Under the pieces are notes generated by a model. That model made no database searches and was not told the DNA's origin. It worked only from the letters and a program-made list of their open reading frames with translations. A DNA stretch of 64,000 bases from a virus: the IMG/VR virus record IMGVR_UViG_3300047157_000126, positions 1 to 64,000 of that record; one strand, given 5' to 3'. This document shows positions 1 through 10,748 of the stretch, piece by piece. Position 1 is the first letter of the stretch. Each line of letters opens with the position of its first letter. The position numbers and the translations under genes are program-made.

Positions 1-1
1 A

Positions 2-70
2 TTCACACCCGCTACAGGAAATGGTGGTACATATGCATATGATATTGTTAACACAGTATTAGTAAAGTGA
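2..70 (+). CDS. 3' end of upstream gene (partial), probably tail-associated
   Basis: Open frame FTPATGNGGTYAYDIVNTVLVK* ends at 70, just before the GGTGA RBS of the next gene. Confidence 0.5.
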   Translation, partial: FTPATGNGGTYAYDIVNTVLVK

Positions 71-97
71 TTGGATAGTGAAAATCATGGTGATTAA

Positions 98-2413
98 ATG
101 GCAGGAACAGAAAAAGATTTTAAGATAAAAAAAGGACTAATAGTAACAGAAGGTATAACCCTCGGTGGACATACTTTCGATGACATTGATATTACTTCGG
201 AGGCTTCTGATGCTGACGACCATTTAATGACGGCTCTTGCAATAAAGAATAGAATTGAGGATTATGGTTATTCCACTACTGCTGGAACTGTTACATCAGT
301 TACAGCCGGAACAGGAATGACTCAAAGCGGAACTAGCACAGTTAATCCAACTTTGACTGTGGGTGCAGGAAATGGTATAACAGTCAACACGAATGATGTC
401 GCAATAACCGCAGCACAAACTACAATTACATCGGTGTTGAACACAGGTTTGGTTATCGGAAGAGATTCAACAGACCAAATTAAGTTCAGTACAGATAATC
501 AAATCATATTCAGGGTTGGTAATGCCGATGGTGTCACATTCAAAGCATCAGGAGAAATAGAAGCGACAAAGTTTGATGGTGCTTTAGAGGGCAACGCTGA
601 TACTGCTAGTGTTGCTAGTAGAGTTGTCGTAGTTGCAAATGACGCTGCTGGTTCATTTGTAAATGAAAATAATCTAATCTTATTCTCACCTGACGGTACT
701 GCTTCTAATGATGGGGGTAATCTTACACCTGAATCTTCTACTGATTTCCATTACAATCCTTCTTCCACTGTGTTGACTGTTCCAAAAATAACAGGTGATG
801 TTACAGGTGATGTAACAGGTACTGCGACTAACGCTACCGCCATTACACTCGGTGGACATTTAATTAATGACGTTGATATAGGAACTGAGTTAGTAGATAC
901 TGACGACCACATAATGTCATCCGGTGCGATTAAGGCTTACGTTGACGCAAATGCAGGTGGTGGTGCTACTGCTCTCAATGGTTTAACAGATGTAATTTCT
1001 AATATTACTAACTTTACAGACAGTATTCTAATTTCTCCTGATGGTGCAGCCCCCCCACATGGAACTTTAAGTAATGCACATTCAAATGTTGGAATTGGAA
1101 AAGATGCTTTATCCGTAGTAGCAAGTGGTTCATCAAATGTCGCACTTGGATTTAATGCAATGAAATCTTTCACTACGGGCTACAAGTCTGTCGCTATTGG
1201 TTATCGTGCAATGGACAGCACAACAGCAGTAGCGCAAGGAGTTGCTATTGGTGCAGATGCGGGAAGAAACATGACCGCTACAAATGCTGTTGTTATTGGT
1301 GCGGTTGCCGGAACTAATCTAACATCCGGTGCAGGTTCAGTATTCATTGGTGAAGGGGCGGGTTATGGGGTTACAACAGAAGCACACAACATTGCGATAG
1401 GCTCTATGGCTTTATCAAGTAGTAATCTTAGTGGTGCAACATACAACATCGGCATAGGAAGTTTCGTTGGATATGATATAACGTCAGGAGACTACAACAT
1501 CGGAATGGGTGCTTTTTCATTAAGGGAGTTGGAGAGTGGTTCTTCAAACTTAATGTTTGGTAAAAATTCAGGGATGAACATTACCACAGGAAATAGAAAT
1601 ATTGGTATTGGAGGTCAGTCTTATGATGGTGCTACATCAGAATCAGATAACATAGCAATCGGATATGATGCTTTAGGTGGTTCAGTAGCAGGTGCAGAAT
1701 ACACAGTAGCAATTGGGAATTACACGCTTGATGCTTTAACATCGGGAGATAACAACACAGCAGTAGGCCATAATTCTGCAACAGCATTAATCGAAGGAAA
1801 TCATAACACGGCAATAGGTTCTTACTCTTACTTTAGAGCAACAGATGGAACATATAATTGTGTTATAGGACAAAACTCAGGTGGAGGTTTAAGGTCGGGT
1901 AGTTATAACATAGCAATGGGCTTTAATACAATGGGTCAAGTGAATAATGACGGAGACTACAACGTAGCAATAGGCACACACTCTATGAATGCCGCAACAG
2001 GTAATGACGTTAATTATAACACAGCAATAGGCACAAGTTCATTACAAAGTATTACATCAGGCGCGAAGAACATAGCATTAGGACAAACTGCCGGAAATAA
2101 TATCACTAGCGGAGATTTTAACGTAGTAATTGGTGCGGCTGATGTAGCAAGTGCAACAGGTGATAGTCAGTTATCAATAAGTTCTGGTGATGGTGGTGTT
2201 ACTTGGATAACAGGTGCTTCAACAGGTGCAGTAGATATTCCCACAGCATTAGAAGTTGGTACAGGTACTCAACCATTACCTGCAAACGGTGTAGTTACAA
2301 TAATTAATGACGATTCAGACACCACTAAAACATTGTTACTTGTGGATAATGAATCAGATGCTACTAATGGCCCTGTTTTAACTTTGTATAGAAATACTGC
2401 TTCCCTCTGCTAA
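98..2413 (+). CDS. Tail fibre/adhesin, N-terminal part (frameshifted relative to 2529..2960)
   Basis: 771 aa, G/T/S/A/N-rich, with many NxAIG/NIGIG beta-roll (YadA-like) repeats; duplicated ITLGGH..DD(H)IM N-terminal motif; stops at LYRNTASLC* while the +1 frame continues. Confidence 0.8.
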   Translation: MAGTEKDFKIKKGLIVTEGITLGGHTFDDIDITSEASDADDHLMTALAIKNRIEDYGYSTTAGTVTSVTAGTGMTQSGTSTVNPTLTVGAGNGITVNTNDVAITAAQTTITSVLNTGLVIGRDSTDQIKFSTDNQIIFRVGNADGVTFKASGEIEATKFDGALEGNADTASVASRVVVVANDAAGSFVNENNLILFSPDGTASNDGGNLTPESSTDFHYNPSSTVLTVPKITGDVTGDVTGTATNATAITLGGHLINDVDIGTELVDTDDHIMSSGAIKAYVDANAGGGATALNGLTDVISNITNFTDSILISPDGAAPPHGTLSNAHSNVGIGKDALSVVASGSSNVALGFNAMKSFTTGYKSVAIGYRAMDSTTAVAQGVAIGADAGRNMTATNAVVIGAVAGTNLTSGAGSVFIGEGAGYGVTTEAHNIAIGSMALSSSNLSGATYNIGIGSFVGYDITSGDYNIGMGAFSLRELESGSSNLMFGKNSGMNITTGNRNIGIGGQSYDGATSESDNIAIGYDALGGSVAGAEYTVAIGNYTLDALTSGDNNTAVGHNSATALIEGNHNTAIGSYSYFRATDGTYNCVIGQNSGGGLRSGSYNIAMGFNTMGQVNNDGDYNVAIGTHSMNAATGNDVNYNTAIGTSSLQSITSGAKNIALGQTAGNNITSGDFNVVIGAADVASATGDSQLSISSGDGGVTWITGASTGAVDIPTALEVGTGTQPLPANGVVTIINDDSDTTKTLLLVDNESDATNGPVLTLYRNTASLC

Positions 2414-2960
2414 TGATATATTAGGTAAAATAGAATTAAATGGTGAAGATAATGCAGGTAATCCTAGAGCATACGGAAGCATAAGACAAGAATCCACAAC
2501 CGTTGGTAATGGTTCACACGATGGTACTATGTTCTTGAATGTCGCTATTAATGGTACACAAACTGATGTAGTATCAGTAGATGGTACAGGCGGTTACGGT
2601 GGTTTAACTCATAATCCTAGCGGAATTAAAACATTAGGTAATGTAGTGGGTGCAACAAGTACTGCTAATAATAACTATATTACATTACTAGCAGTTCCCC
2701 ATGCTAACTTTAAGGCAATCAAAGCATCAGTTCATATTACAGATTCTTCGTCTAATGAAGTGCAGACAATGGATGTGATGTGTCATTATGATGGTTCAGC
2801 CGCTAACTTTACAGAATACGGTATTATTTATGATGGTGCTGCGCCAATAGGAGAAATAGAAGTTGATATTAATAGTAATAATATCCGCATAAGATTTAAG
2901 AATACACAAGGAGCAACAAGAACATTAGCAGGTAGCATACACGCAGTATGCCATCCATGA
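2403..2960 (+). CDS. Tail fibre C-terminal part (+1 frame continuation; ORF track starts it at 2529)
   Basis: Frame is open from 2403: PSANDILGKIELNGEDNAGNPRAYG...MFLNVAING...AVCHP*. Confidence 0.65.
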   Translation, partial: PSANDILGKIELNGEDNAGNPRAYGSIRQESTTVGNGSHDGTMFLNVAINGTQTDVVSVDGTGGYGGLTHNPSGIKTLGNVVGATSTANNNYITLLAVPHANFKAIKASVHITDSSSNEVQTMDVMCHYDGSAANFTEYGIIYDGAAPIGEIEVDINSNNIRIRFKNTQGATRTLAGSIHAVCHP

Positions 2961-2971
2961 GGTGATTAAAT

Positions 2972-3661
2972 ATGGGTAGACAAGCATTCAGAAGAAGAAA
3001 GAGTGATGGAACAGTAGATGATGGAACAGGCGGTGGTGCAAATACAGATGGTGCAGGTTTTAAGTTTCCAACTTCAAATAGAGTTCCAATGATGAATGGT
3101 GCTGCTAGCAATATTACAACTGCCCCAAGCATGAATGCTTATTGGGCTTATGGTAATTTAGTAAGTTTCTTAGAAAATAAAACTTTAGATAAGGCATGGA
3201 TATATATTAATACATTAGCATCCGGTAGTGCGGGAACAGGACTTACTGCCGCACTGTATGAATTAGCAGATAGTGTGTTGACAGATAGTAGTCCTAATGG
3301 AACACTAATTGCTACGGCTACTTGGGCGGCATCAAAGTTTGTTACATCATCGGGTTCAACAGGCTACAATTCAGAAGATTGGACAGTAGCGAGTGGACAA
3401 TCATTAACACTAGATAGTTCAAAATATTATGCTATTCTAACATCTAATTGGGCTAATAATCAAAACTCCGGTAGTACTAATTTTCAAGTTTTAGGGTGGA
3501 CTGGAACAGGAATACCTAACATTACAGGTTCGGGTGGAAACGTAGGTGTTAGTAATGGGTTTGCTATGTGGGTTAATGGTTCAACTTCTCCGGCAACATC
3601 TGTAAGTTTTTCAGGTTCGGGTTCGGGAAACAAAACAGCAGTATGGAGTACATTAACATGA
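2972..3661 (+). CDS. Tail-associated beta-rich structural protein
   Basis: 229 aa S/G/T/N-rich; GAGGTGA RBS; tail-gene context. Confidence 0.55.
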   Translation: MGRQAFRRRKSDGTVDDGTGGGANTDGAGFKFPTSNRVPMMNGAASNITTAPSMNAYWAYGNLVSFLENKTLDKAWIYINTLASGSAGTGLTAALYELADSVLTDSSPNGTLIATATWAASKFVTSSGSTGYNSEDWTVASGQSLTLDSSKYYAILTSNWANNQNSGSTNFQVLGWTGTGIPNITGSGGNVGVSNGFAMWVNGSTSPATSVSFSGSGSGNKTAVWSTLT

Positions 3662-3915
3662 TTAGATTAACACAATTATACAGAACAGAAGATGGTGTAC
3701 CCTATGATGTTTCATGGGAACAGTTTAGAGAATCAAGAAACCTTGCACTTTTAGCAACAGATTTTCATATGTTAACAGATAAATATAATTCTTTAACAGA
3801 AGAAGAACAAAATGCTATTACTACTTTTAGACAATGGTTAAGAGATGCACCAGAAAATTATGAGACAGCAAATGATGCTGTTGATAATTGGCCTCAAACG
3901 GAAAGTTGGTTTTAA
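3658..3915 (+). CDS. Tail fibre assembly chaperone-like protein
   Basis: WEQFRESRNLALLATDF...FRQWLRDAPE...WP matches the R.RN..L..TD..YRQ.LRD.P pattern of phage tail assembly chaperones; start placed at the ATGA overlap. Confidence 0.65.
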   Translation: MIRLTQLYRTEDGVPYDVSWEQFRESRNLALLATDFHMLTDKYNSLTEEEQNAITTFRQWLRDAPENYETANDAVDNWPQTESWF

Positions 3916-3954
3916 GGAATAATTATAAAAAGAAAACAACACGGAGAAATTAAT

Positions 3955-4260
3955 ATGGCACTAAAAATTGAATACGAAACAAACTACGGAATAACTTGTG
4001 ATTATGCTCATTGTGTAATAGTTGATACTAGATGTCACAAAGAAGTAGATGATGAAGGAAATAAAACATTCCCCGTTCAATACAATGGAAAAATATACGC
4101 ATCGGATGATGCCTATGCTGATGGTGCATCTCCTATTGGTGGTTTTAATGGTAATTTTTTAATGAGTGAGTCTACCGCTAAAACTCAATACAATATAATT
4201 AAACAATGCTACATTGACTTAAAGACAAAAGATGGGTTTACAGAAGGCGAAGATTGTTAA
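3955..4260 (+). CDS. Hypothetical phage protein (tail region)
   Basis: 101 aa with GGAG RBS; last gene before the convergent strand switch. Confidence 0.55.
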   Translation: MALKIEYETNYGITCDYAHCVIVDTRCHKEVDDEGNKTFPVQYNGKIYASDDAYADGASPIGGFNGNFLMSESTAKTQYNIIKQCYIDLKTKDGFTEGEDC

Positions 4261-4337
4261 TCCCAATCTTCAAATGATTCTGCCATAAATGCTTGCCACA
4301 TTTTACAAGCACCATTGTGGTGTTTTCTATTTTTCAT
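4257..4337 (-). CDS. Small ORF MKNRKHHNGACKMWQAFMAESFEDWD
   Basis: 26 aa with GGGGG RBS-like upstream; stop overlaps the convergent gene's stop. Confidence 0.35.
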   Translation of the reverse strand: MKNRKHHNGACKMWQAFMAESFEDWD

Positions 4338-4751
4338 TGTAACCCCCCTTTTTTCGCTACCCAAAACCAAAAGTCATTAGAAACAGACCAAAACCATTTA
4401 TCTATTCTGTTTATATTCTCACCTCAGTTTTTAGAGTGTAGAATAAATGTATAAATTGCGTAGTAACAATTGCAAAAAAAATCTTAACTTGAACAATAGC
4501 AGTTTTTATTTCAATGGGTTGTGAGGTAATGCTTTCTAGCATCACCATTTCTAACATAGTGTAAAAAGTAAAGTGCTACTATATTGTCTTTTTTATTACC
4601 CGCATCAGGTATAGGTATTTATTGAGGGTACACCATTGGCGCGAATGAAACTAATTGAGAAAAGAAAACGCCATACTATTTGGAAAATACACAATTGAAG
4701 AGGTTATTTTTTATGGTGTTTAATATAGTAAACCCTCATGTAATCGGAACA

Positions 4752-4937
4752 CTATCTTTTGAATAAACCCTTCGCTTTAAATGCTGTATCTACCCAAATA
4801 TGTTTACATTGTTTACATTCCCATAAATGAATTCTTTTCCCTCTAGTGTCATGGTATCTTGCAGATAATCTTCTAGGTATATGTTTGTACCCACATGCTC
4901 TACATGTGACATTTAGTTTATCCATCAATCTTCCCAT
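4752..4937 (-). CDS. Small Zn-ribbon protein
   Basis: CRAC...WECKQC; start placed at MGRLMDK right after the chaperonin stop. Confidence 0.6.
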   Translation of the reverse strand: MGRLMDKLNVTCRACGYKHIPRRLSARYHDTRGKRIHLWECKQCKHIWVDTAFKAKGLFKR

Positions 4938-4938
4938 A

Positions 4939-6441
4939 TCACTCAACTGGCCTTCGGCTGACAATATCGTCTATTCTTAATATAGATGTCGTTACTTCTG
5001 TTGCCGAAAGCATTGCTTGTTTTATCAATTGCATAGGTTCTATAACATTCTCTTTTTCCATACTATGAATACCACCATTTGTCACATCTGGCCCGAATTC
5101 TAGATTCCCTTGCTGTACAGCGTGTCTCATAGAAAGTACTGTATCAAGTGGGTCATGTCCTGCGTTTTCAGCAATAGTGGCTGGTATAATCTCTAGAGCG
5201 TCAGCATAGGCTTCAATAGCCATTTGCGCTCTACCACCTATAGAAGCGGCATGATTTCTTAGATGTGAGGCCATTGCAACAAAAGAAGAGCCACCACCGT
5301 AAACAATACGATTTACATCTTTTACCATACCAACAACACCTAATGCATCATCAAATCCTCTTTCTACTTCATCAAGTGTGGATTGAGTAGCACCCCTAAG
5401 AATTAGAGTAGATTGGTCTGAAGATTCTGCTCCCTGAATAAATAAATAGTATACGTCATTATGTTTTTGTCTAATTATTTTAGCGTCTGAAGAATCTTCT
5501 AAATCATTTACTGTTTGTGCGACATTTAAGTTTAAAGTATTACTTAGGGCTTTCATCATACTTTCTGGTAATCTTCTTACCACACCTATATTATTTTTCT
5601 TTAGATATGCACAAATATTGTCGTGTACACCATCTCTAACGAATACTATACCTTCATCACCGATACTTTGAACAATCTTTTTTGCTTTATCTAAAAGACT
5701 ATCTTGGTTTCCTTGTTTAAATTGTGAATAAGATTCAGCATCCATTTGAATAGAAATATTTTCTTCAGTCTTTTCATTTTCAAGACCCGTATTAACTAAA
5801 ACTACTTTGGTATTCTTTTTGAAGTCAACATCTAAAACTAGATTCTTACTTAACACCACACCGTTAAAAAGATATGAATCTTCAATACTACCTCCCGGTA
5901 AACTAACAACTCTAACTTTATCTGATTCACCCGCTTTAACTACAGAATCTACACACAACTGACTGACAATATCAGTCGCTGTTTCTAGAGTTTTTCCTGT
6001 TATTGCTGTTTTTGCTATATTTTTTAGAACATCTTCATTTCCCTCAAAAGCAACATCACTTTCAAGATATTTTGAAGCCATTCTTGCTGCTTCATGATAA
6101 CCTCTACAAATTACATTTGGGTGTAGCCCTTTTTTGTACAAACTTTCGCTGTTAGTAAGTAATTGTCCGGCAAGTACTACTGTGGTGGTTGTTCCATCAT
6201 AGCACAGAGATTCTTGGGTCTTGGATATTTCTACCATCATTTTAGCACCCGGATGTGCAACATCTAGTTCTCGTAAAATTGTAGCACCATCATTTGTGAC
6301 TATAACGTTACCAGCACCATCTACCATCATTTTGTCCATACCCATTGGGCCCAGAGTACTCTTACAAGTCTCTACGATGGCTTTTGCTGCGTTTATATTC
6401 AATGCTTGCGCGTTTGCTTTTCTTGTTTCTTGTTTTTCCAT
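4939..6441 (-). CDS. Group II chaperonin (thermosome/TCP-1 family)
   Basis: STLGPMGMDKM, VTNDGATIL, DGTTT, GGG and ILRIDDIV motifs; 500 aa. Confidence 0.97.
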   Translation of the reverse strand: MEKQETRKANAQALNINAAKAIVETCKSTLGPMGMDKMMVDGAGNVIVTNDGATILRELDVAHPGAKMMVEISKTQESLCYDGTTTTVVLAGQLLTNSESLYKKGLHPNVICRGYHEAARMASKYLESDVAFEGNEDVLKNIAKTAITGKTLETATDIVSQLCVDSVVKAGESDKVRVVSLPGGSIEDSYLFNGVVLSKNLVLDVDFKKNTKVVLVNTGLENEKTEENISIQMDAESYSQFKQGNQDSLLDKAKKIVQSIGDEGIVFVRDGVHDNICAYLKKNNIGVVRRLPESMMKALSNTLNLNVAQTVNDLEDSSDAKIIRQKHNDVYYLFIQGAESSDQSTLILRGATQSTLDEVERGFDDALGVVGMVKDVNRIVYGGGSSFVAMASHLRNHAASIGGRAQMAIEAYADALEIIPATIAENAGHDPLDTVLSMRHAVQQGNLEFGPDVTNGGIHSMEKENVIEPMQLIKQAMLSATEVTTSILRIDDIVSRRPVE

Positions 6442-6607
6442 TTTTATTCCTCCTCATTATTTTCTGGAGTAAAAGGCCAATTTACTTCATTCGCTATTCT
6501 ACTCGCCATTCTTTGTATATCTGACAATGCCCCACCTTGTGATATTGCTCGTAACAAAGTATCTATTCCAACTTTTAATTTTATTTCTTCTTCAATTTTC
6601 ATTTTTT

Positions 6608-7219
6608 TCACCATTCTATTTCTATTTCAATCACTTCTCCTGTTTCCAGAGAACGGGATTTGACTATGTTATGTTCTTGCATATGTTTGTACAAATCATA
6701 TGTTAGTTTCGTATCTTTTAAACAATACTCAGCGACTTCTGTGTAACGCCCTTTACCCCACGCTTTAGGCGCTTCTATGCTAGACATAGACTTAAAATTA
6801 TCAATGGTATTTTTTACTAACATATCCAATGTAGTTGTAATTCTACCATGTTTTAAGGAGGATTTTTGAATTATCTTTTTAGTATCAATAATACTGTCTT
6901 GGTTTTTATACATTATATCCCCTGCTGCAAAACAATCTAGTGATTCTTTAATTACAGGTAAGTCAAAATTAAGTATATTGTGACCTAATATTTTTCCACC
7001 TTTCTCTATATGTGCGGTGAGGTGATTACCTATATCTTTAGCATGTAAAGGTAAGATTGTAGCATCTTTAATTGTGACTTCCTTCTTAGTAAATACTGTT
7101 GCATTAGAGCCATCCCAAGTTGCAATAACGCTGGGTTCAAAGAGTGTTCTATTATTCCATCCTCCAATATCATAAGAGTAATTCGCTGTTTCAATATCTA
7201 AAGATAGAATATCTGTCAT
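6608..7219 (-). CDS. DEDD 3'-5' exonuclease (RNase H-like fold)
   Basis: LDIET, GHNILNFD and YCLKD exonuclease motifs I-III. Confidence 0.8.
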   Translation of the reverse strand: MTDILSLDIETANYSYDIGGWNNRTLFEPSVIATWDGSNATVFTKKEVTIKDATILPLHAKDIGNHLTAHIEKGGKILGHNILNFDLPVIKESLDCFAAGDIMYKNQDSIIDTKKIIQKSSLKHGRITTTLDMLVKNTIDNFKSMSSIEAPKAWGKGRYTEVAEYCLKDTKLTYDLYKHMQEHNIVKSRSLETGEVIEIEIEW

Positions 7220-7231
7220 GCTCTCACCAAC

Positions 7232-8650
7232 CTATCTTTGTACAAAAGTTATTCGTTTTTTATCCTTTTTTAATCTAAGGAATACTAACTTTCCAGATTT
7301 TGTGGATTCAAACATGTCTTTAGCATATTTTGTGAAGTGATTCCAAGCGGTACCTCTAGTCACATTTGCTCTATCTTCATAGACTCTTAACATTGCTTCT
7401 TTTCTTACCCAACCATTTCCTCGATTATCATCAAAGTCCATTTTTTCAGTGTTTTGGAATGATAGTGTAAACTTAGTTCTGTATTCAGCAACCTCTGTTT
7501 TCTTAAACCCAACTTCAACTTCGTCCTCTAACCATAGAATTAGATTTCTTGTTAAATCATAAAGAATATCTTTTGCCATATCTACGTGTTCACCTGTGAC
7601 TGTCCATACTCCTTCAATCATAGCCATGTGTGTAGCAAAAATAACTGTGTAATTTTCTACTGCTGGCATAAAAGACGCAACAACCTCACCTATACCGGGG
7701 GCTAAACCGTTTAGTAGGTCATAATAATCATCAATAGCATCATAACAAGCAGCGTAAAATGTTTCATCTGCCTTGAACATTTCATGCATTACACTTTCTA
7801 AAATTAATTCTTGTTCTTCCCTATCCATTCCATCCCACTCAATGAATGTGGTTTCTGACAAATTTAGAACTCTATCTCTAAGATTTTTTTGTAAATTGTT
7901 AAAGTAATCTGTAATTTCTTTGTAGTCTACAGCCATCTTTGGTAATTTTTTGAATGCGCTACTCATTCTTTTAATACTAACATCTTGCCTTTTTGCAGTG
8001 TCCCATTCACCCCAGTAAAGTAAAACTCTCTGGAAAATACCTTTTGTGAGCACGTAATCTTTTACTCCCTTTGGAGGGAAAGTAGTAATCCACATAGAAA
8101 CTAAAGATTCTGCTTCTATTCTTCCAGCCTTTGTATGTTTTACCATTTTATTCCCATGAGTTCCAACAGGGTTACATGCTGATTGGAGATATAGAACAGT
8201 TTCTTGACTGTGTTTGTTAGGGCTTAGGATAATACTACCCTCGTCAAAGTTAAGTCCCTTTCTCCCATTCAACAGTCCCTCTTTCATATCCTTTTGTCTA
8301 TTACCATCTTCGTCTACATATTCTTCCCAACCACCGATTAAAGCAGCGTCAGTCCCAGTAGTGTAATTATCTGTAGGGATTTCTGAATCTTTTGCGACAT
8401 CTCCAATAAATTCCCAAGAAACGGACTTACCAGTACGAGAAGGTTGTACCCAGAAAACGTGAACTCTAGGGTCTAAGTGGCTTGGACCCCAAGGAATCCT
8501 AACATAAGGTACTGCTGCTTGACCATTCAAAAAGAAAAAAGAAAGCATACCCGGAATATCATTATCCATTGATGTTTCTCTAAAATGTTCTATGTACCCT
8601 TTGAATATAGGGTATTTCTTTACCGCTTCATAATCTGCATAATCTCTCAT
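7232..8650 (-). CDS. AAA+ ATPase, probable MCM-like replicative helicase
   Basis: Walker A QPSRTGKS, Walker B LNFDE, TxAALIG and FQR arginine-finger-like motifs; replication context. Confidence 0.6.
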   Translation of the reverse strand: MRDYADYEAVKKYPIFKGYIEHFRETSMDNDIPGMLSFFFLNGQAAVPYVRIPWGPSHLDPRVHVFWVQPSRTGKSVSWEFIGDVAKDSEIPTDNYTTGTDAALIGGWEEYVDEDGNRQKDMKEGLLNGRKGLNFDEGSIILSPNKHSQETVLYLQSACNPVGTHGNKMVKHTKAGRIEAESLVSMWITTFPPKGVKDYVLTKGIFQRVLLYWGEWDTAKRQDVSIKRMSSAFKKLPKMAVDYKEITDYFNNLQKNLRDRVLNLSETTFIEWDGMDREEQELILESVMHEMFKADETFYAACYDAIDDYYDLLNGLAPGIGEVVASFMPAVENYTVIFATHMAMIEGVWTVTGEHVDMAKDILYDLTRNLILWLEDEVEVGFKKTEVAEYRTKFTLSFQNTEKMDFDDNRGNGWVRKEAMLRVYEDRANVTRGTAWNHFTKYAKDMFESTKSGKLVFLRLKKDKKRITFVQR

Positions 8651-8715
8651 AATTTGACCCCTCTAAAGGTCAGTATATAGTCTTATGTGTGATTATGTGT
8701 CTAGACATAAGATTT

Positions 8716-9414
8716 TCACCTCTTTACTTTTCTTTCAACAACCATTGCTTCTTCACTTGTAATGGCTTGAACTATTCTAGACCTAAGCACAGGTCCTAAC
8801 CCTTTTACTTGTTTAAGTGCTTCTGGGTAAGCCATTTCTTCTATACTACCACACTTCTCGAATATTCTATCTATTATTTCTTTTCCAAGACCGGGTATCG
8901 TGGCTAACATATCTTTTCTAATATCATTACTAGCCACTCTTTTGATTGTTCTAGCACCATGTGAACTAGCAGGTTTGTGTAATTTATCATGTAATTTAGT
9001 GATAAAAAGTGCGGCTTCACTTGTATTTGGTGTATAGAAAACTTGACACTCGAAATCTGCCATAACTCTAGCGATAGTACCTGTTAATTCATTTTGAACT
9101 CTACTGTAAGTAATACGCCTTCCGTTTTTCTTTGCAATGGCTACATATTTGTCAATAGTTCCATGAATGACTATGAAAAAACGAACATAGTTTTTATCCA
9201 TGTTTTCTAGTTGTCTCCAGAGATGACCATTATGACTTGATTGGAAGAAATCTGCAATACTTTTTGCTTCTACACACGCTTCTCCAAGAAGATAGTCTCC
9301 TACGACTAATGGTTGTCTCACTACTGTTAAGTGGGCTTTTTCGGCTTTCCTTATAACAGAATCACAAAGTAACCCTCTTTCATTAGAATCTATAATCAAA
9401 TTAGGTTTAGGCAT
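8716..9414 (-). CDS. XPF/ERCC4 structure-specific nuclease with HhH domains
   Basis: IIDSNE, VGDY, VEAKSIAD core; IPGLG and VKGLG HhH motifs. Confidence 0.9.
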   Translation of the reverse strand: MPKPNLIIDSNERGLLCDSVIRKAEKAHLTVVRQPLVVGDYLLGEACVEAKSIADFFQSSHNGHLWRQLENMDKNYVRFFIVIHGTIDKYVAIAKKNGRRITYSRVQNELTGTIARVMADFECQVFYTPNTSEAALFITKLHDKLHKPASSHGARTIKRVASNDIRKDMLATIPGLGKEIIDRIFEKCGSIEEMAYPEALKQVKGLGPVLRSRIVQAITSEEAMVVERKVKR

Positions 9415-9631
9415 TTTCTGACCTCTCCATGTATTTATGTACTTTACAATAATTACTATCTCGGTATTTAATAATTTTACATTTTTGACCTTTAGATGTT
9501 ATACCTATACATTGTTCTTCAATTGGTGGATGTCTAATACAAGAAAAACAAAGATTGGTTGTAGTATTCTTTCTTGCTGTGTGGTTTCTTCTACCAAGTT
9601 TTTCACCACATATTCTACAATTTTTAATCAT
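9407..9631 (-). CDS. Small Zn-finger protein
   Basis: CRIC, CFSC, C-x8-C...YCKVH; ATGA-type overlaps with neighbours. Confidence 0.6.
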   Translation of the reverse strand: MIKNCRICGEKLGRRNHTARKNTTTNLCFSCIRHPPIEEQCIGITSKGQKCKIIKYRDSNYCKVHKYMERSENA

Positions 9632-10737
9632 ATCATCCCTTCCGCAGTACCATCATAAAATTTACACATCCCTGTGCAAAGCCCATCTGATATGATAGTA
9701 CGACACATTCCGGCGTTATATCCGTTATTACCACTACCACCCATCACAATATTTTCTACTTGGAATCTAGTTACATTTTCATCCCAATCAGCCCAACCTT
9801 GTTTAGAAATTACATCTACAATGAAATTAATGTGTTTTTCTTTTTCTTCTAACTTAACTTGGTCTGGAGGAAAAAACCACCTTAGTCTACTAGCGAGATA
9901 AGAAGCGAATTGAAATCTAGCCCTATGAGTAGGATTACCTTCACCCATGGCTGCTTGTGCTAAACAAGGAAGAATTGTTAATCCATCAATAGATAAGTCT
10001 GGAAGATTCACAATTTCAGTTCTCTTGGATTTAAACAACTGCTTTCTTTCTTTTAATTTTAAGACTAAGCCTTTATTTCCGTGTTTTATATAACCAGAAG
10101 ATGGCTCTTGCGATATCGCTTCCAATTCATTATGTGATAAATTATTCAGCATATCAGTATTAACAGGTAATCCCCAGCAACCTCTTTTACTATTATATGA
10201 ATTAGGAATTCTAATCATACCTGCTGTATCGAAAGCCACAGTCGGGTCATTAGATGGTAAGTTTAATTTTTTATGCCAAGAAGAAAGTACAAGTCTACCT
10301 GCATCTTTTATTCTAGTAACGTCTAACCCAGTGGAAGGAGTAAAGGTTTTTTCCAATGTTATCCAAACATGGAATCCTCCACCACTAAACCATATGTAAT
10401 GTAAGATGTCTTCTTCTAAGAGGTGTTTATGTAACCTTTGAACTTGTTCTTGCATAAAATTAAATGGGACTTCAATACCTTTATCATGAAAGTTCTTACA
10501 ATCAAAATCACATACAAAATGCCTAATGATTGGGGTGTTATAATCAACTCTATGGTTTCTTGGTGGGGTTAGTGCTCTGTAACCATAGGATGTAAAATAT
10601 ACATCACCACTACCACTTTTACCTTTCCAATAATTTTCTAATTCATCCCAATTTTTAACCAATCTTCTGTAACCCTTTTTTCCATTAGCGGCCACTTCGA
10701 GAACTTCTCTTGGGAAATCAAGAGTAATAAAACTCAT
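9628..10737 (-). CDS. priS: Archaeo-eukaryotic primase, PriS catalytic domain fused to a PriL-like Fe-S domain
   Basis: CDFD, SGGGFHVW and D...IRIPNS AEP motifs; C-terminal LPCL...H..R...C..C..C. Confidence 0.85.
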   Translation of the reverse strand: MSFITLDFPREVLEVAANGKKGYRRLVKNWDELENYWKGKSGSGDVYFTSYGYRALTPPRNHRVDYNTPIIRHFVCDFDCKNFHDKGIEVPFNFMQEQVQRLHKHLLEEDILHYIWFSGGGFHVWITLEKTFTPSTGLDVTRIKDAGRLVLSSWHKKLNLPSNDPTVAFDTAGMIRIPNSYNSKRGCWGLPVNTDMLNNLSHNELEAISQEPSSGYIKHGNKGLVLKLKERKQLFKSKRTEIVNLPDLSIDGLTILPCLAQAAMGEGNPTHRARFQFASYLASRLRWFFPPDQVKLEEKEKHINFIVDVISKQGWADWDENVTRFQVENIVMGGSGNNGYNAGMCRTIISDGLCTGMCKFYDGTAEGMI

Positions 10738-10748
10738 TCAATCAAACC

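Noticed and set aside
1060-2150. Repeated AACATAGCAAT/NxAIG units as a DNA repeat system
   Set aside because: Explained by the beta-roll protein repeats of the tail fibre
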